Virus record (IMG/VR): IMGVR_UViG_2636415673_000002 | DNA: 16,446 bases | Origin: a virus | Lineage: Duplodnaviria; Heunggongvirae; Uroviricota; Caudoviricetes | Strand: one strand, 5' to 3' | In this document: piece by piece, positions 7,778 through 16,098 of the stretch | Layout: every line of letters starts with the position of its first letter | How positions within the stretch are numbered: position 1 is the stretch's first letter | The notes under the pieces: generated by a model | Databases searched by the model: none | Told to the model about the DNA's origin: nothing | What the model saw: the letters and a program-made list of their open reading frames with translations, nothing else | Position numbers and translations under genes: made by a program

Positions 7778-8730
7778 TACCAGCTCCTCGTAATGGTCGC
7801 GGCAGCAAGCTGGCTCACTGCGGGAGTGGTTTGTTGTACCGTTGTTCGTGCCTGATCAACCAACGTTGCGGCTTTATCAAACGTCGCTTCGGCGATGTTG
7901 CTGGCAATGTCGTCGAAAAGTGTCTGAGCATGGTCAACCAGCGTACTGGCGTCATTGGCGCAGTCCCGTATACCTGGCATGTTACCCAGTAAAGCTTTAA
8001 TCTGAGCCGACAACGCTTTTGGGAGTCCTGCCAGCATTTGCAGATCCATTGGCTGTTTAAACAGGGTTTCGATGGCGTCGATAGTCTTTTTCAACGACGT
8101 AATTATCTTTTCACACTTTTCTTTTAACGCTTTGGCCTCTTTAATCAGTGCTTTCACTTTTGCCACTGTTTTTTTAATATCTTCAATGGTTTGCGCCAGT
8201 TCATCGAGCATCTCTTTGGCTTTGCGCATACCTTCTTCAATGGCGTTCAATATCTGATACAACCAGGACTCCACCTTATTCGGAAAATCGCTCGCCTTTT
8301 CCTCGATATTAGGCTCCTGGGTGGTAATTGCCGGGGGCAGCAGTGGGTTTTTCGGATCGCCGGTATACTCCTGGAGCGACATTGTTCCGCTTTGGGCAAT
8401 GACATTGCCCCAGGGATCGGTGTGCTGGTGAGTGGCGGTTAACTCTGTAATTACAAACCAGCCGCGATAATCTCCGTTGCCAAACACCAGCGCCATTGCT
8501 TTGTGAGCAAGCATGGCTTCACGCAGTCGATTCAGCTCTGTTGTGGGTTGGCAAAACTGGCTGTGCAGGGAAAATTCCAGCGCCAGCATATCCAGCTTAT
8601 CGCCAATAAACTGCACGCCGGGTTTGCCTTCTATACGGGCATGTGTGGCGTAATCCACGCCCATTGTGCTTTTAAAGCCGTCCCAGAATGTGACAACTTT
8701 AAATTCAATCTCTCCTAAAACGGCATACAT
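7777..8730 (-). CDS. gpU-like tail protein with long C-terminal coiled-coil extension
   Basis: 317 aa. The N-terminal roughly 130 aa resemble P2 gpU-type tail proteins. The C-terminal roughly 180 aa are Lys/Glu/Ala-rich heptad-like sequence (KAKEMLDELAQTIEDIKKTVAKVKALIKEAKALKEKCEKI), predicted coiled coil. ATGA overlap with the tape measure stop. Confidence 0.55.
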   Translation of the reverse strand: MYAVLGEIEFKVVTFWDGFKSTMGVDYATHARIEGKPGVQFIGDKLDMLALEFSLHSQFCQPTTELNRLREAMLAHKAMALVFGNGDYRGWFVITELTATHQHTDPWGNVIAQSGTMSLQEYTGDPKNPLLPPAITTQEPNIEEKASDFPNKVESWLYQILNAIEEGMRKAKEMLDELAQTIEDIKKTVAKVKALIKEAKALKEKCEKIITSLKKTIDAIETLFKQPMDLQMLAGLPKALSAQIKALLGNMPGIRDCANDASTLVDHAQTLFDDIASNIAEATFDKAATLVDQARTTVQQTTPAVSQLAAATITRSW

Positions 8731-11081
8731 CAGGCATACCCCCGGCGCTGCTGCTGCGCCATTACATCGTTAATCATTCTTTCCAGTTCGCGTTTACTCA
8801 TCGTCAACACGTTCTGAATCTCTTTAGTGGTGTTTTGTCCGTTACCCTGCACGGTAATTTGTGGCGAAAAATTCACCTGGACTTTTCCCGGGGAACGGGA
8901 GGGTAGCGTCGCCGGTTTGGTTACGGATTTACCAGGTAAAGAGGCCGACGCGGGTTTTGCCGATGACGGCGTAGCCGTTTTGCCGGATGGCGCGAGTTGT
9001 TTGCCCACCGGCAGCGTTAAAATCGCACCGGCAACGCCTGGAACAACGGTCGCGGGGGAGACTGATGCGGTATTAGCCGTGCCTGTAACAGCCGCAGCCG
9101 ATGCTTCTGTGCTGATACCCATTGTGGCTTTTAGCCAGTCTGGCATGGCGTTTTTGACCTGATCAATAATGCCTTTCAGTGCGGGGAAAGCATTCATTAT
9201 GCCGTCGGCCAGGCTACCCAGTATATTGCTGCCGAACTCGCTAAAACTCGCAGGCATCTCAACACCAAACCAATTCATCACATCGGAAAAGGCGCTATAG
9301 AACAACTCCAGCGGTGACCAGTCGAGAATCAACCGACAAATTCCTGCAATGCCGCCGTCAAAGGCCGTGGTGATACGTTGCCAGATGGTCGAAAAGAACC
9401 TGGAGATAGGTTCCCAGTTGCGATAAATCAGATAAGCCGCGCCCGCAATCGCAGTGATGACCAGACCAATGGGATTCATCAATAACACCCGGCCTAGCGA
9501 GAGAACGGTTCGACCAAACAGTTTCAATGCTCCGATCAGGCCACGACCAAGCAGTTGCGTTAGCCATTTTGCGCCGCCACCCAATGACTTAACCGCCGAT
9601 AGCACTTTACTTGCCGCGCCGCCGAGGGCCAGACTTGCCCTGACTTTCAGGAAGATATCGACCAGACGAATAAACGGCGAGGCGATGAGGTTCGCGCCCA
9701 GCTTTAAAACATTAAGCGCACCGTTAAACAGCCAAATCGCCCCGACGATTTTCGCAATGTTTTGCACCAGCGCCGGATGTTCGCGTAGCCAGGCACTGAA
9801 CTGGCGAATAACCGGCGCAAGGCTTTGTGCCAGCTCGCCAATCGCCGGCATAAGCTGCAAGCCAATGCTGAGCCATAAATCATTTAACGCCAGTTGTAAC
9901 GCTTTAGTCTGTTCAATGGGCGAGGCCATTTGCGCAGAAAAGTCAGCGTTAATCAGATTCTTGCTGGTAGTTTGCATGGCAGAGGCTTTTAACTGGCGAT
10001 ATTCCTCCATATTCGCCAGCATAGGTGCCAGGAATTCCACCGTTTGCGCATCGCCGAACATTTCGCCCAGATTAAATTGCGCCACCATCGATTGCAGCGC
10101 AGTGCTGCGAGCAGATAAATCTTCAATCTGCATAGTGCGTTTGAAGGTGTCGAGGATCGCCGGATTCATCTTCTCAAGCTGCATTTGCACGATATGAGTC
10201 ATGGCTTCGCTAACACTCATACCGTTTTGCTGATGTTCAAGCAGAGAGCCTTGCAAATCGACGCCCTGGCTGGCGAACCAGCTATCGGTTTTTTTCGAAA
10301 AGGTGGTTTGCAGAAAGTGGTCAAAATTCTCAGCCGCCGCACTGGCGCTGGCCCCGTTTTTCATGGCGATCTGCATGGCGGCAGTCAGTTCAGTCATACC
10401 TTCCAGACCCTGAGCGCCGGTTTTACCTGCAAATTTGTCTATCCACTGCGTTTGCTCGGCAACGGCAGGCCCACCGCTTTTGCTAATGCCGTACATCATG
10501 TTTTGCGCGGCGTGGAAATTTTCTGGCGCAATATTCAGTCGATCATGGGTTGCGAGCGCGGCATTCGCCCATGTTTCAGCACTTTCGCGCGTGGCGGTGG
10601 CAGCTTTGGCGATCTCCGGCATATAACGGTTGAGATCCTGTATCGACGACAAATTGCCTTCGATCAGCGTTTGGGCTGCGTTCTGTAAGGTGGTCTGATG
10701 CTGGTTAAAATCCATGCTCCAGTCGCGCAGATTAAGGCTGAGCGTCTCGCGGGTTGTATCATTCATCCCACCTTTGGTCGCCATATTGACCATGTTGTCC
10801 TGGAACTCATACGGCAACTTCCAATCGGGGGCTTCAACATTGAATACTTTGCTAAATTGCCCGGCAAATGTGTGGGTTTTCTCCATCAGATTAGCGCGGC
10901 TGCGGCTATTTTCCTCCAGGCGGAGAGCAGAATCGGCAAGTTGCTGCGTTAGTTTGATTACTGTCGCTTGCTGAGAAGAGAGAGCTAACAAAGTTCTGGC
11001 GTTGAGTGAGCCGTAACGGGCTATTGCCTGCGTCAACGTCTCATTACGCGCCTGAAGCTGGGTAATAATATCGTTGGCCAA
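8730..11081 (-). CDS. Tail tape measure protein
   Basis: 783-aa ORF, Ala/Gln/Leu-rich and alpha-helical, with hydrophobic glycine-rich segments in the C-terminal half. Located between the chaperone and gpU-like genes. The first start-type codon after the upstream in-frame stop is TTG at 11081, so the exact start is uncertain. Confidence 0.8.
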   Translation of the reverse strand: MANDIITQLQARNETLTQAIARYGSLNARTLLALSSQQATVIKLTQQLADSALRLEENSRSRANLMEKTHTFAGQFSKVFNVEAPDWKLPYEFQDNMVNMATKGGMNDTTRETLSLNLRDWSMDFNQHQTTLQNAAQTLIEGNLSSIQDLNRYMPEIAKAATATRESAETWANAALATHDRLNIAPENFHAAQNMMYGISKSGGPAVAEQTQWIDKFAGKTGAQGLEGMTELTAAMQIAMKNGASASAAAENFDHFLQTTFSKKTDSWFASQGVDLQGSLLEHQQNGMSVSEAMTHIVQMQLEKMNPAILDTFKRTMQIEDLSARSTALQSMVAQFNLGEMFGDAQTVEFLAPMLANMEEYRQLKASAMQTTSKNLINADFSAQMASPIEQTKALQLALNDLWLSIGLQLMPAIGELAQSLAPVIRQFSAWLREHPALVQNIAKIVGAIWLFNGALNVLKLGANLIASPFIRLVDIFLKVRASLALGGAASKVLSAVKSLGGGAKWLTQLLGRGLIGALKLFGRTVLSLGRVLLMNPIGLVITAIAGAAYLIYRNWEPISRFFSTIWQRITTAFDGGIAGICRLILDWSPLELFYSAFSDVMNWFGVEMPASFSEFGSNILGSLADGIMNAFPALKGIIDQVKNAMPDWLKATMGISTEASAAAVTGTANTASVSPATVVPGVAGAILTLPVGKQLAPSGKTATPSSAKPASASLPGKSVTKPATLPSRSPGKVQVNFSPQITVQGNGQNTTKEIQNVLTMSKRELERMINDVMAQQQRRGYA

Positions 11082-11169
11082 AATTGTTTCTCTTATAGAT
11101 TGGTGATGGCCCGCTGGTTAGTTTTCTGAAAAATGGGCTGGGAAGAAATAAACCTGGCGGGCTTTAAAG

Positions 11170-11196
11170 GACTCGCAGACATCAGGTCTGCGAGTC
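11170..11196 (-). other. Perfect 11-bp stem-loop in the chaperone/tape-measure intergenic region
   Basis: gactcgcagac-atcag-gtctgcgagtc. On the minus RNA it is followed by CUUUAAAG, which is only weakly U-rich. Candidate attenuator, RNA stability element or frameshift-associated structure. Confidence 0.45.
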
Positions 11197-11269
11197 ATAT
11201 TCGATCTTTATTTGAGCGCTGGCTTCATCCAGCCAGTTGCTAAAGTCATCGACGGTAAGGGCGTCTATC

Positions 11270-11587
11270 TCACTGGGCGGAAAGCGAAACCATCTCGCCA
11301 GTAACGCCATTGCCTGCCATAGCAGGGGAGGATTCTGTAACCACGGTAAGCATGGATTGAAATCGTTTCTGCAATGCCTGGTAATCCAGCAAATCCATTT
11401 CAGCTAAATCTTCTGGCACCAGTCCGGTCATTGCCGCCATTAGCGGTTCATCCCACTCTTCTGGCTTTTCGCTGATCCGGCGCGCGTTGCGCATATCTTT
11501 TACTTTCAGGCGACGTAATTGCAGAGTGTTAATTACGTCTCCCGCCGCTGAAGTAAACGGGAACTGTAAGATATAATGCTCTTTCAT
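11270..11587 (-). CDS. Tail assembly chaperone (P2 gpE-like)
   Basis: 105-aa acidic ORF between the tube and tape measure genes, the canonical position of the E/E-prime (G/GT) chaperone. AAGGA RBS 7 nt upstream of the ATG. Confidence 0.6.
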   Translation of the reverse strand: MKEHYILQFPFTSAAGDVINTLQLRRLKVKDMRNARRISEKPEEWDEPLMAAMTGLVPEDLAEMDLLDYQALQKRFQSMLTVVTESSPAMAGNGVTGEMVSLSAQ

Positions 11588-11613
11588 TTTGTATCCTTAT
11601 TTATTTTGCGAAG

Positions 11614-11633
11614 TTCGGGGCCGTAGCCCCGAA
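11614..11633 (-). other. Stem-loop between tube and chaperone genes
   Basis: ttcggggc-cgta-gccccgaa (8-bp stem) directly after the tube stop codon. No U-tract follows on the minus RNA, so it is not a classical terminator. Possible RNA processing or stability element. Confidence 0.35.
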
Positions 11634-11637
11634 TAAC

Positions 11638-12162
11638 TTAGCCACCGATGTTATTGCGATAGGTACTTAATTGATCCACGCCGTTAACCCGAAAAATATT
11701 CGCCATATAATCAAGTTCAAGCAGCGTTTCACCATCGACCACTTGTTTAATATAAGTGCAACCAAAGGCGCTGCTGAATTCCGGGTTTTCATTTTGTTTA
11801 AATGTTCCCAGTGGATTCTTTTTAAACATGACAGTCAAATGAGTGACTAACGCTAATTGATTCGCTTTCCCCTGGGAGTTATAGCAATCAATACTGGAGC
11901 GGCACTGTAATGCTACCGCCTGCCACGGGTTTGCCGTTTTACGCATGACGTCCTGATAAAAGGAGTTCCATTTAATTTCCCCTTCCAGTTTATCGAACCC
12001 TGCCGGGAGTTCGATTTTGCCGACCATGCCCAGTGCTTTATGCTCCTGCATAATTAAACTGACATCCGGCAATTTAATTTCGGTTGCACGACCTAAAAGG
12101 TTATTACCATCGAGATAAATATTTGCGTTGGTAATACGGTTAATTTGAATTTTTCCAGCCAT
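11638..12162 (-). CDS. Tail tube protein (P2 FII-like)
   Basis: 174 aa. The C-terminus (ELDYMANIFRVNGVDQLSTYRNNIGG) matches the conserved VNGVD...R.NIG end of P2 FII tube proteins. TAATG overlap with the sheath stop. Confidence 0.85.
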   Translation of the reverse strand: MAGKIQINRITNANIYLDGNNLLGRATEIKLPDVSLIMQEHKALGMVGKIELPAGFDKLEGEIKWNSFYQDVMRKTANPWQAVALQCRSSIDCYNSQGKANQLALVTHLTVMFKKNPLGTFKQNENPEFSSAFGCTYIKQVVDGETLLELDYMANIFRVNGVDQLSTYRNNIGG

Positions 12163-13583
12163 TAGCTATTGCTCTCCAGAGAGACTAAATATTCAGAAGT
12201 AATTTCAGTTTCAAACGTCAGACGTTCCAGCGGCGGCGGCGGGGTGAATTTATAGCTAAGCAATAAATGCCCAGCGCTGAGTTCAGTCGGTGAATTTCGC
12301 GCCGGATCGTACCAGCACTCAAAGCCAAGCAGTGCGCCGTCGGCAATCAGCTTACGGCCCCAGGTATTTACTGATTCGGTCAGGGCATCAATCAGCGCCT
12401 GATTAATCGGCATATCAATATACTGCTGACTGAAATAACGGATTGACTCATTAATTACATCGCCTGTCCGGCGGACGTTTTCAAAGTTACGCATATGGGT
12501 CACGGTAGGCCATGCCGCTGTGCGGTTGCCCCACAAGCGCAGACCAGAGCCGTAACTATTGAAAATAGTGGTAATGCCGTTTTCGTTGAGCTGATTCACT
12601 TCGCTTTGAGGATCATCAATCATTGCGGAAAGCGAACGTTCAATACCGGTAATACCCTGAATTTCCTGGTTTGAGTTGCTCCACCAGAAACCTTTTTCGA
12701 GGTCTACTTTGGCACGTAGCCCGGCAGCGCGCGAAGAGAGCGGTTCGAGAACTTCCTGGTTAGTGATGCCATCGTAAACTTTGACGTGTGGGTAACATAA
12801 ACGCGCACGATCAGAGCTGGTATTGAAGTTGATAGCGCCTTGCGAACTGCGTCCTGCCAATACCTGCTGGAATGTCGTCCCAATCGGGGCATCAATGTAG
12901 GTAATCGCACCGAGTTTTTCCGCTTGTGCAATCAGCTCGGTAGTTACTGATTTTTGCGTACAGAACACGGGAGCAAGCAGGATTTTGGCGTAGAAACCAT
13001 ACAGGTTATAGGTGTCCTGAAGGAGTTTCATCCCTGTGCGGTCGCCTGCGGTATTTACGGCACCGATAATATCGGCTGCGGTGACCTTTGTAGGATCAAC
13101 ATAGGTATACGTCGCGTAAACCTTCGCCCCTGCCGGGATTTCAGTTCCGGTACGGGTTATAACGCCATCTGCGGCATTAACATTGTAAGATGTATTTTTG
13201 TACGTAGTGGAACTGGTACCTGGTCTTAATATTACTGAACTTACTCCCGGATGAGCTAATTTAGCTTTATCGGCACTATTGAACGTAATGGTTTCATTGG
13301 CAACATGCAGTCCATGTTTTACCGGATCCAGCACATTAATTACCACCACCGTACCGGCACCGTGGTCATAAATCGCCTTCAGCGCCTGTGGGATCGTAAA
13401 GTTAGCCTGAGTTGAGCCAAACTGCGCAGCATCGCTTTCAGAAAGGCATAATGTTGGTTTATTTACCGGACCACAGGGGGCCGTACCGATTAAAGCGATG
13501 ACGGCGGATTTTACCGCTTTAACGGGACGCTGGCCGGTTTCAATTTCAATGGTTTCTACACCGTGCAGATAATTAGCTGCCAT
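12162..13583 (-). CDS. Contractile tail sheath protein (P2 FI-like)
   Basis: About 473 aa with sheath hallmarks (N-terminal YLHGVET, GLRAKVD.EKG, LWGNRT, C-terminal YKFTPPPPLERLT). The track ORF begins at a TTG at 13589. The ATG at 13583 with an upstream GGAGAGGA RBS is the more likely start. Confidence 0.85.
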   Translation of the reverse strand: MAANYLHGVETIEIETGQRPVKAVKSAVIALIGTAPCGPVNKPTLCLSESDAAQFGSTQANFTIPQALKAIYDHGAGTVVVINVLDPVKHGLHVANETITFNSADKAKLAHPGVSSVILRPGTSSTTYKNTSYNVNAADGVITRTGTEIPAGAKVYATYTYVDPTKVTAADIIGAVNTAGDRTGMKLLQDTYNLYGFYAKILLAPVFCTQKSVTTELIAQAEKLGAITYIDAPIGTTFQQVLAGRSSQGAINFNTSSDRARLCYPHVKVYDGITNQEVLEPLSSRAAGLRAKVDLEKGFWWSNSNQEIQGITGIERSLSAMIDDPQSEVNQLNENGITTIFNSYGSGLRLWGNRTAAWPTVTHMRNFENVRRTGDVINESIRYFSQQYIDMPINQALIDALTESVNTWGRKLIADGALLGFECWYDPARNSPTELSAGHLLLSYKFTPPPPLERLTFETEITSEYLVSLESNS

Positions 13584-13770
13584 GTACAATTTCCTCTCCG
13601 TTATTTTGTTCTTCCTGAGTGATGACAGAAGTCAGGTGATTGCGGGCAATCATGGTCATGACCCACTCGTTGTCTTCTGGCAGATCAATTTCACTGTTCG
13701 GCCACAATAAGATTTCTTGTCCGTCGGCAAGGGTGACGCCGCTTGCCGGGCCGTTGTAGATGTATTTCAT
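13573..13770 (-). CDS. Small hypothetical protein of the tail module
   Basis: 65-aa ORF with a GAGGAAA RBS. ATGA overlap with the upstream gene, and its 3' end overlaps the sheath start. No recognizable motif. Confidence 0.4.
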   Translation of the reverse strand: MKYIYNGPASGVTLADGQEILLWPNSEIDLPEDNEWVMTMIARNHLTSVITQEEQNNGEEIVHGS

Positions 13771-14222
13771 TCAGTTTCCTCGTAATTAACTTCCGTAAGT
13801 AGGGGAAGATCCGTGTTTTCCTGTTCAGCGATAAACAGCGAGCTGGTCGCCATTTCCAGGATGTAGCGGCAGAAACCGCCGCTCTCACCCGTATTAATTT
13901 CTTTTTCAAGCCAAAGAAGACGATCGCAATCAGGAAGCTGAAGGCCACCCAATGCGCTGCGTATGCGGTCCAGTGCGTTTAACGCATCACAATTTTTGCC
14001 AACAATAACGGTGGCGGTTAAGCGGAGCGTTTGCTGTTGCACGAGAGCATCACTGCTTTCAGGCATGGCAAATAGAGAACCGCTATAATTAATAATCACT
14101 GTAACTTGCTGCGTCTGCGGAATATATTTATGGGTATCAACCGATGAAATAGATACATCCATTTCGGGATTCTGTTCACGTAATCTGGTCACAACAGAAT
14201 TCATTACTGATAAAATTTCCAT
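13767..14222 (-). CDS. Putative tail completion / terminator-like protein
   Basis: 151-aa ORF with an AAGGAA RBS, immediately upstream of the sheath gene, where tail completion proteins of P2 gpR/gpS size are commonly encoded. Call is from position and size only. Confidence 0.4.
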   Translation of the reverse strand: MEILSVMNSVVTRLREQNPEMDVSISSVDTHKYIPQTQQVTVIINYSGSLFAMPESSDALVQQQTLRLTATVIVGKNCDALNALDRIRSALGGLQLPDCDRLLWLEKEINTGESGGFCRYILEMATSSLFIAEQENTDLPLLTEVNYEETE

Positions 14223-14339
14223 ATAGGGTGTTCCTTAATTATCGCTGATTCGTTAACGCTCACTTCGTTATCGTTGAAATGTATTCTGACGTAATGAAGG
14301 TGGAGAATCTTTTAATCTGCTTTAGAGAAAAAATTGAAT

Positions 14340-14654
14340 TTAATAGCTACCGCGTTGTAATAGCTCTATTTTGCTATATAAGGCATCCAGCTTTGCTTCT
14401 AATACTGCCTGGCCACGAAGATAATCTTCTCTGCGGACATAATGCAGCGGAAGCTCGGCACGAAATTCGAGAAATTCTCTTTCCAGTTTCGACCAACTTG
14501 TTTCTGATTCCCGGCGCGCGTTTTCCAGAGATTCAAAACGCTCATTAAGTCTTTTTTCAATTTGCGCTAACAGCAATTTTCCGGCAGCAAACATTAATCC
14601 AACGAAGGAAAGCATAAGGGAGATCACTTCCCAAAAATCGATACTGAGTTTCAT
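14340..14654 (-). CDS. Membrane-anchored coiled-coil protein, possible i-spanin (Rz-like)
   Basis: 104 aa with an N-terminal TM helix (FWEVISLMLSFVGLMFAAGKLLL) followed by a charged coiled-coil-like region. Directly downstream of the endolysin gene, with a GAGGGG RBS. Confidence 0.45.
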   Translation of the reverse strand: MKLSIDFWEVISLMLSFVGLMFAAGKLLLAQIEKRLNERFESLENARRESETSWSKLEREFLEFRAELPLHYVRREDYLRGQAVLEAKLDALYSKIELLQRGSY

Positions 14655-14666
14655 CGGCCCCTCTGA

Positions 14667-15272
14667 TTAATGAAGACAGCTTGCCTGCCCCCAGAGTAGG
14701 TAGCGGGCGGCATGTTGATAGAGGATCATCTTCGGATAGCGACGATTTTCTCGCCAGTTCGTGGCGCTGCGCCCGGCGTTGACTCGCTCGACATGACCAA
14801 ACCAGCTAGTGGCATCTAACCCTTTGGATGCAGCCAGTTTTTTATCCCGGTTAACCCATCCCTGACCGCCGTTATAGGCGCTAAGGGTAAACGCCATACG
14901 CTGACAATCATTTTTCGCTGAGATGTTTTTCCACAAATGCTGGTCATATTGCACCAGTGCGCGAATCGCCCAGGTTGGGTTATAGGGCTTATTTTCACGT
15001 AGCTGCGGATACAACAGGCTTATCCATGTCGCTGTGGCAGGCATAAATTGCGCCATGCCTTGTGCGCCAACGGGGGAACGTACCATTGGCTGCCAGGCGG
15101 ACTCCTGGTGTAATTGCCCGGCAAAGTCGGCCACTGGGGCGTTCAGTCCCCAGACTTCTCGAGCGGTACGAATTAGTTCGTTTCGCCATGCCAGAGAGGC
15201 TCGCGGCGGTTCAGAGGCGTTAAGAGGGAAAAGAACGAAAATAATCATAGACGCGATATATTTCAGCCACAT
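14667..15272 (-). CDS. Endolysin: lytic transglycosylase (SLT domain) with N-terminal signal peptide or SAR domain
   Basis: SLT-type motifs (QESAW and GAQGMAQFMP). Hydrophobic N-terminus MWLKYIASMIIFVLFPLNA. ATG at 15272 lies 2 nt after the holin stop codon, and a GTG start one codon upstream would overlap that stop. The longer ORF to 15365 would overlap the holin gene by about 90 nt and is rejected. Confidence 0.75.
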   Translation of the reverse strand: MWLKYIASMIIFVLFPLNASEPPRASLAWRNELIRTAREVWGLNAPVADFAGQLHQESAWQPMVRSPVGAQGMAQFMPATATWISLLYPQLRENKPYNPTWAIRALVQYDQHLWKNISAKNDCQRMAFTLSAYNGGQGWVNRDKKLAASKGLDATSWFGHVERVNAGRSATNWRENRRYPKMILYQHAARYLLWGQASCLH

Positions 15273-15274
15273 CA

Positions 15275-15562
15275 CTATAGCCCTAAGGCGACGGAAAGAC
15301 AGACGGCGGCAACGATGATGGCGCGGCGAATCATTGCCGCCGCGCAGCAACGCGGTTCCTTCCATGGGCTAAAAGAGTCAGGCCGTGCCCATGGGAACAA
15401 ACTGCGATCGAGCCAGTATCCCAGCACCGCGGAAAGCGAAACCAGGCTTAGTTTATAAATGACGACCGGGATCTGTGCTGAAGAGGTCCAGCCGATCACG
15501 ACAAACAGCGCGACGGAAGCGACCAGCCAACCGGAAAGCCGGGGAAGAGTGACTTTTTTCAT
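15275..15562 (-). CDS. Putative holin (small multi-TM membrane protein)
   Basis: 95 aa with 2-3 predicted TM segments. First gene of the operon with an AGGAG RBS 7 nt upstream of the ATG. Translationally coupled to the endolysin gene. Confidence 0.5.
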   Translation of the reverse strand: MKKVTLPRLSGWLVASVALFVVIGWTSSAQIPVVIYKLSLVSLSAVLGYWLDRSLFPWARPDSFSPWKEPRCCAAAMIRRAIIVAAVCLSVALGL

Positions 15563-15858
15563 ACGGTATCTCCTGATAAGTGAGCGTTTAGTGTCGCCAG
15601 AACCCGCCAGTGAAGAATGAAAAAAGCTTTAATAAATAACTTTAAAAAATAGATTCTCTATAAATGAACATGCCCGCTAATAAATCCACTCAGCAATTAA
15701 AGAGCAAAAGGTGACCTCGCGAATAAGCGCGTCATTATGCAGGGAAAAGATGATGGTGAATCGTAGGAATAGTCAGTAGTTATTTGATTTTTAAAGTTTG
15801 TTTAAGAAAGTCAGCGACTGTGAGGGAAACGATCTTTTTACACTACAGGTAAAAATAA

Positions 15859-15878
15859 TACTGTATGTGCATACAGTA
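15859..15878. promoter_or_regulatory. LexA (SOS) box
   Basis: TACTGTATGTGCATACAGTA compared with the E. coli LexA consensus TACTGTATATATATACAGTA: both 8-nt arms are perfect (CTGT-N8-ACAG), with mismatches only in the central 4 bp. It lies in the AT-rich divergent region between the Mor-like gene and the lysis/tail operon, flanked by TTTACA hexamers on both strands (15837-15842 on +, 15882-15887 on -). Confidence 0.7.
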
Positions 15879-15899
15879 TCGTGTAAAATGATACTCCTG

Positions 15900-15930
15900 T
15901 TGACAAGAAACATAACGCAAACAATATATT
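15900..15930 (+). promoter_or_regulatory. Candidate sigma-70 promoter for the Mor-like gene
   Basis: TTGACA at 15900-15905 followed 17-19 bp later by an AATATA/TATATT -10-like element, about 170 bp upstream of the Mor-like ATG. Prediction by eye only. Confidence 0.3.
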
Positions 15931-16098
15931 TATTTAGTGAATTTATGCGTTCATTAATATTAAGAATTTATATTTCTGGTGATTGTTTATTTGTTTGTTG
16001 AATGTATTGAGTAGCAGTAATGACAACTGCTTAGCGTATATCCGTGGTTTTACACGCATCGGGTCTTATTCAGGATGCAAGATATATGGAGATGAAAA

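Noticed and set aside
9454-10197. 247-aa + strand ORF, and 10185-10688 (167 aa)
   Set aside because: Both lie fully inside the tape measure gene on the opposite strand. Their composition is consistent with a frame artifact of a long ORF at about 50 percent GC.
11614-11633. Hairpin after the tube gene considered as a rho-independent terminator
   Set aside because: On the transcribed (minus) strand the stem is followed by an A-rich rather than U-rich tract, so a classical intrinsic terminator is unlikely. It is kept only as a possible RNA structure element.
12704-13229. Small ORFs (75 aa on -, 91 aa on +) inside the sheath gene
   Set aside because: Alternative-frame or antisense ORFs nested in the sheath CDS. 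No support.
14667-15365. Long form of the endolysin ORF starting at 15365 (MEGTALLRGG...)
   Set aside because: It would overlap the holin gene by about 90 nt in another frame and put an Arg-rich non-hydrophobic leader before the signal sequence. The ATG at 15272 directly after the holin stop fits translational coupling.
15798-16001. 67-aa + strand ORF in the AT-rich divergent region
   Set aside because: Low-complexity AT-rich translation with no RBS. It spans the LexA box and predicted promoter elements, so the region is better explained as regulatory DNA.
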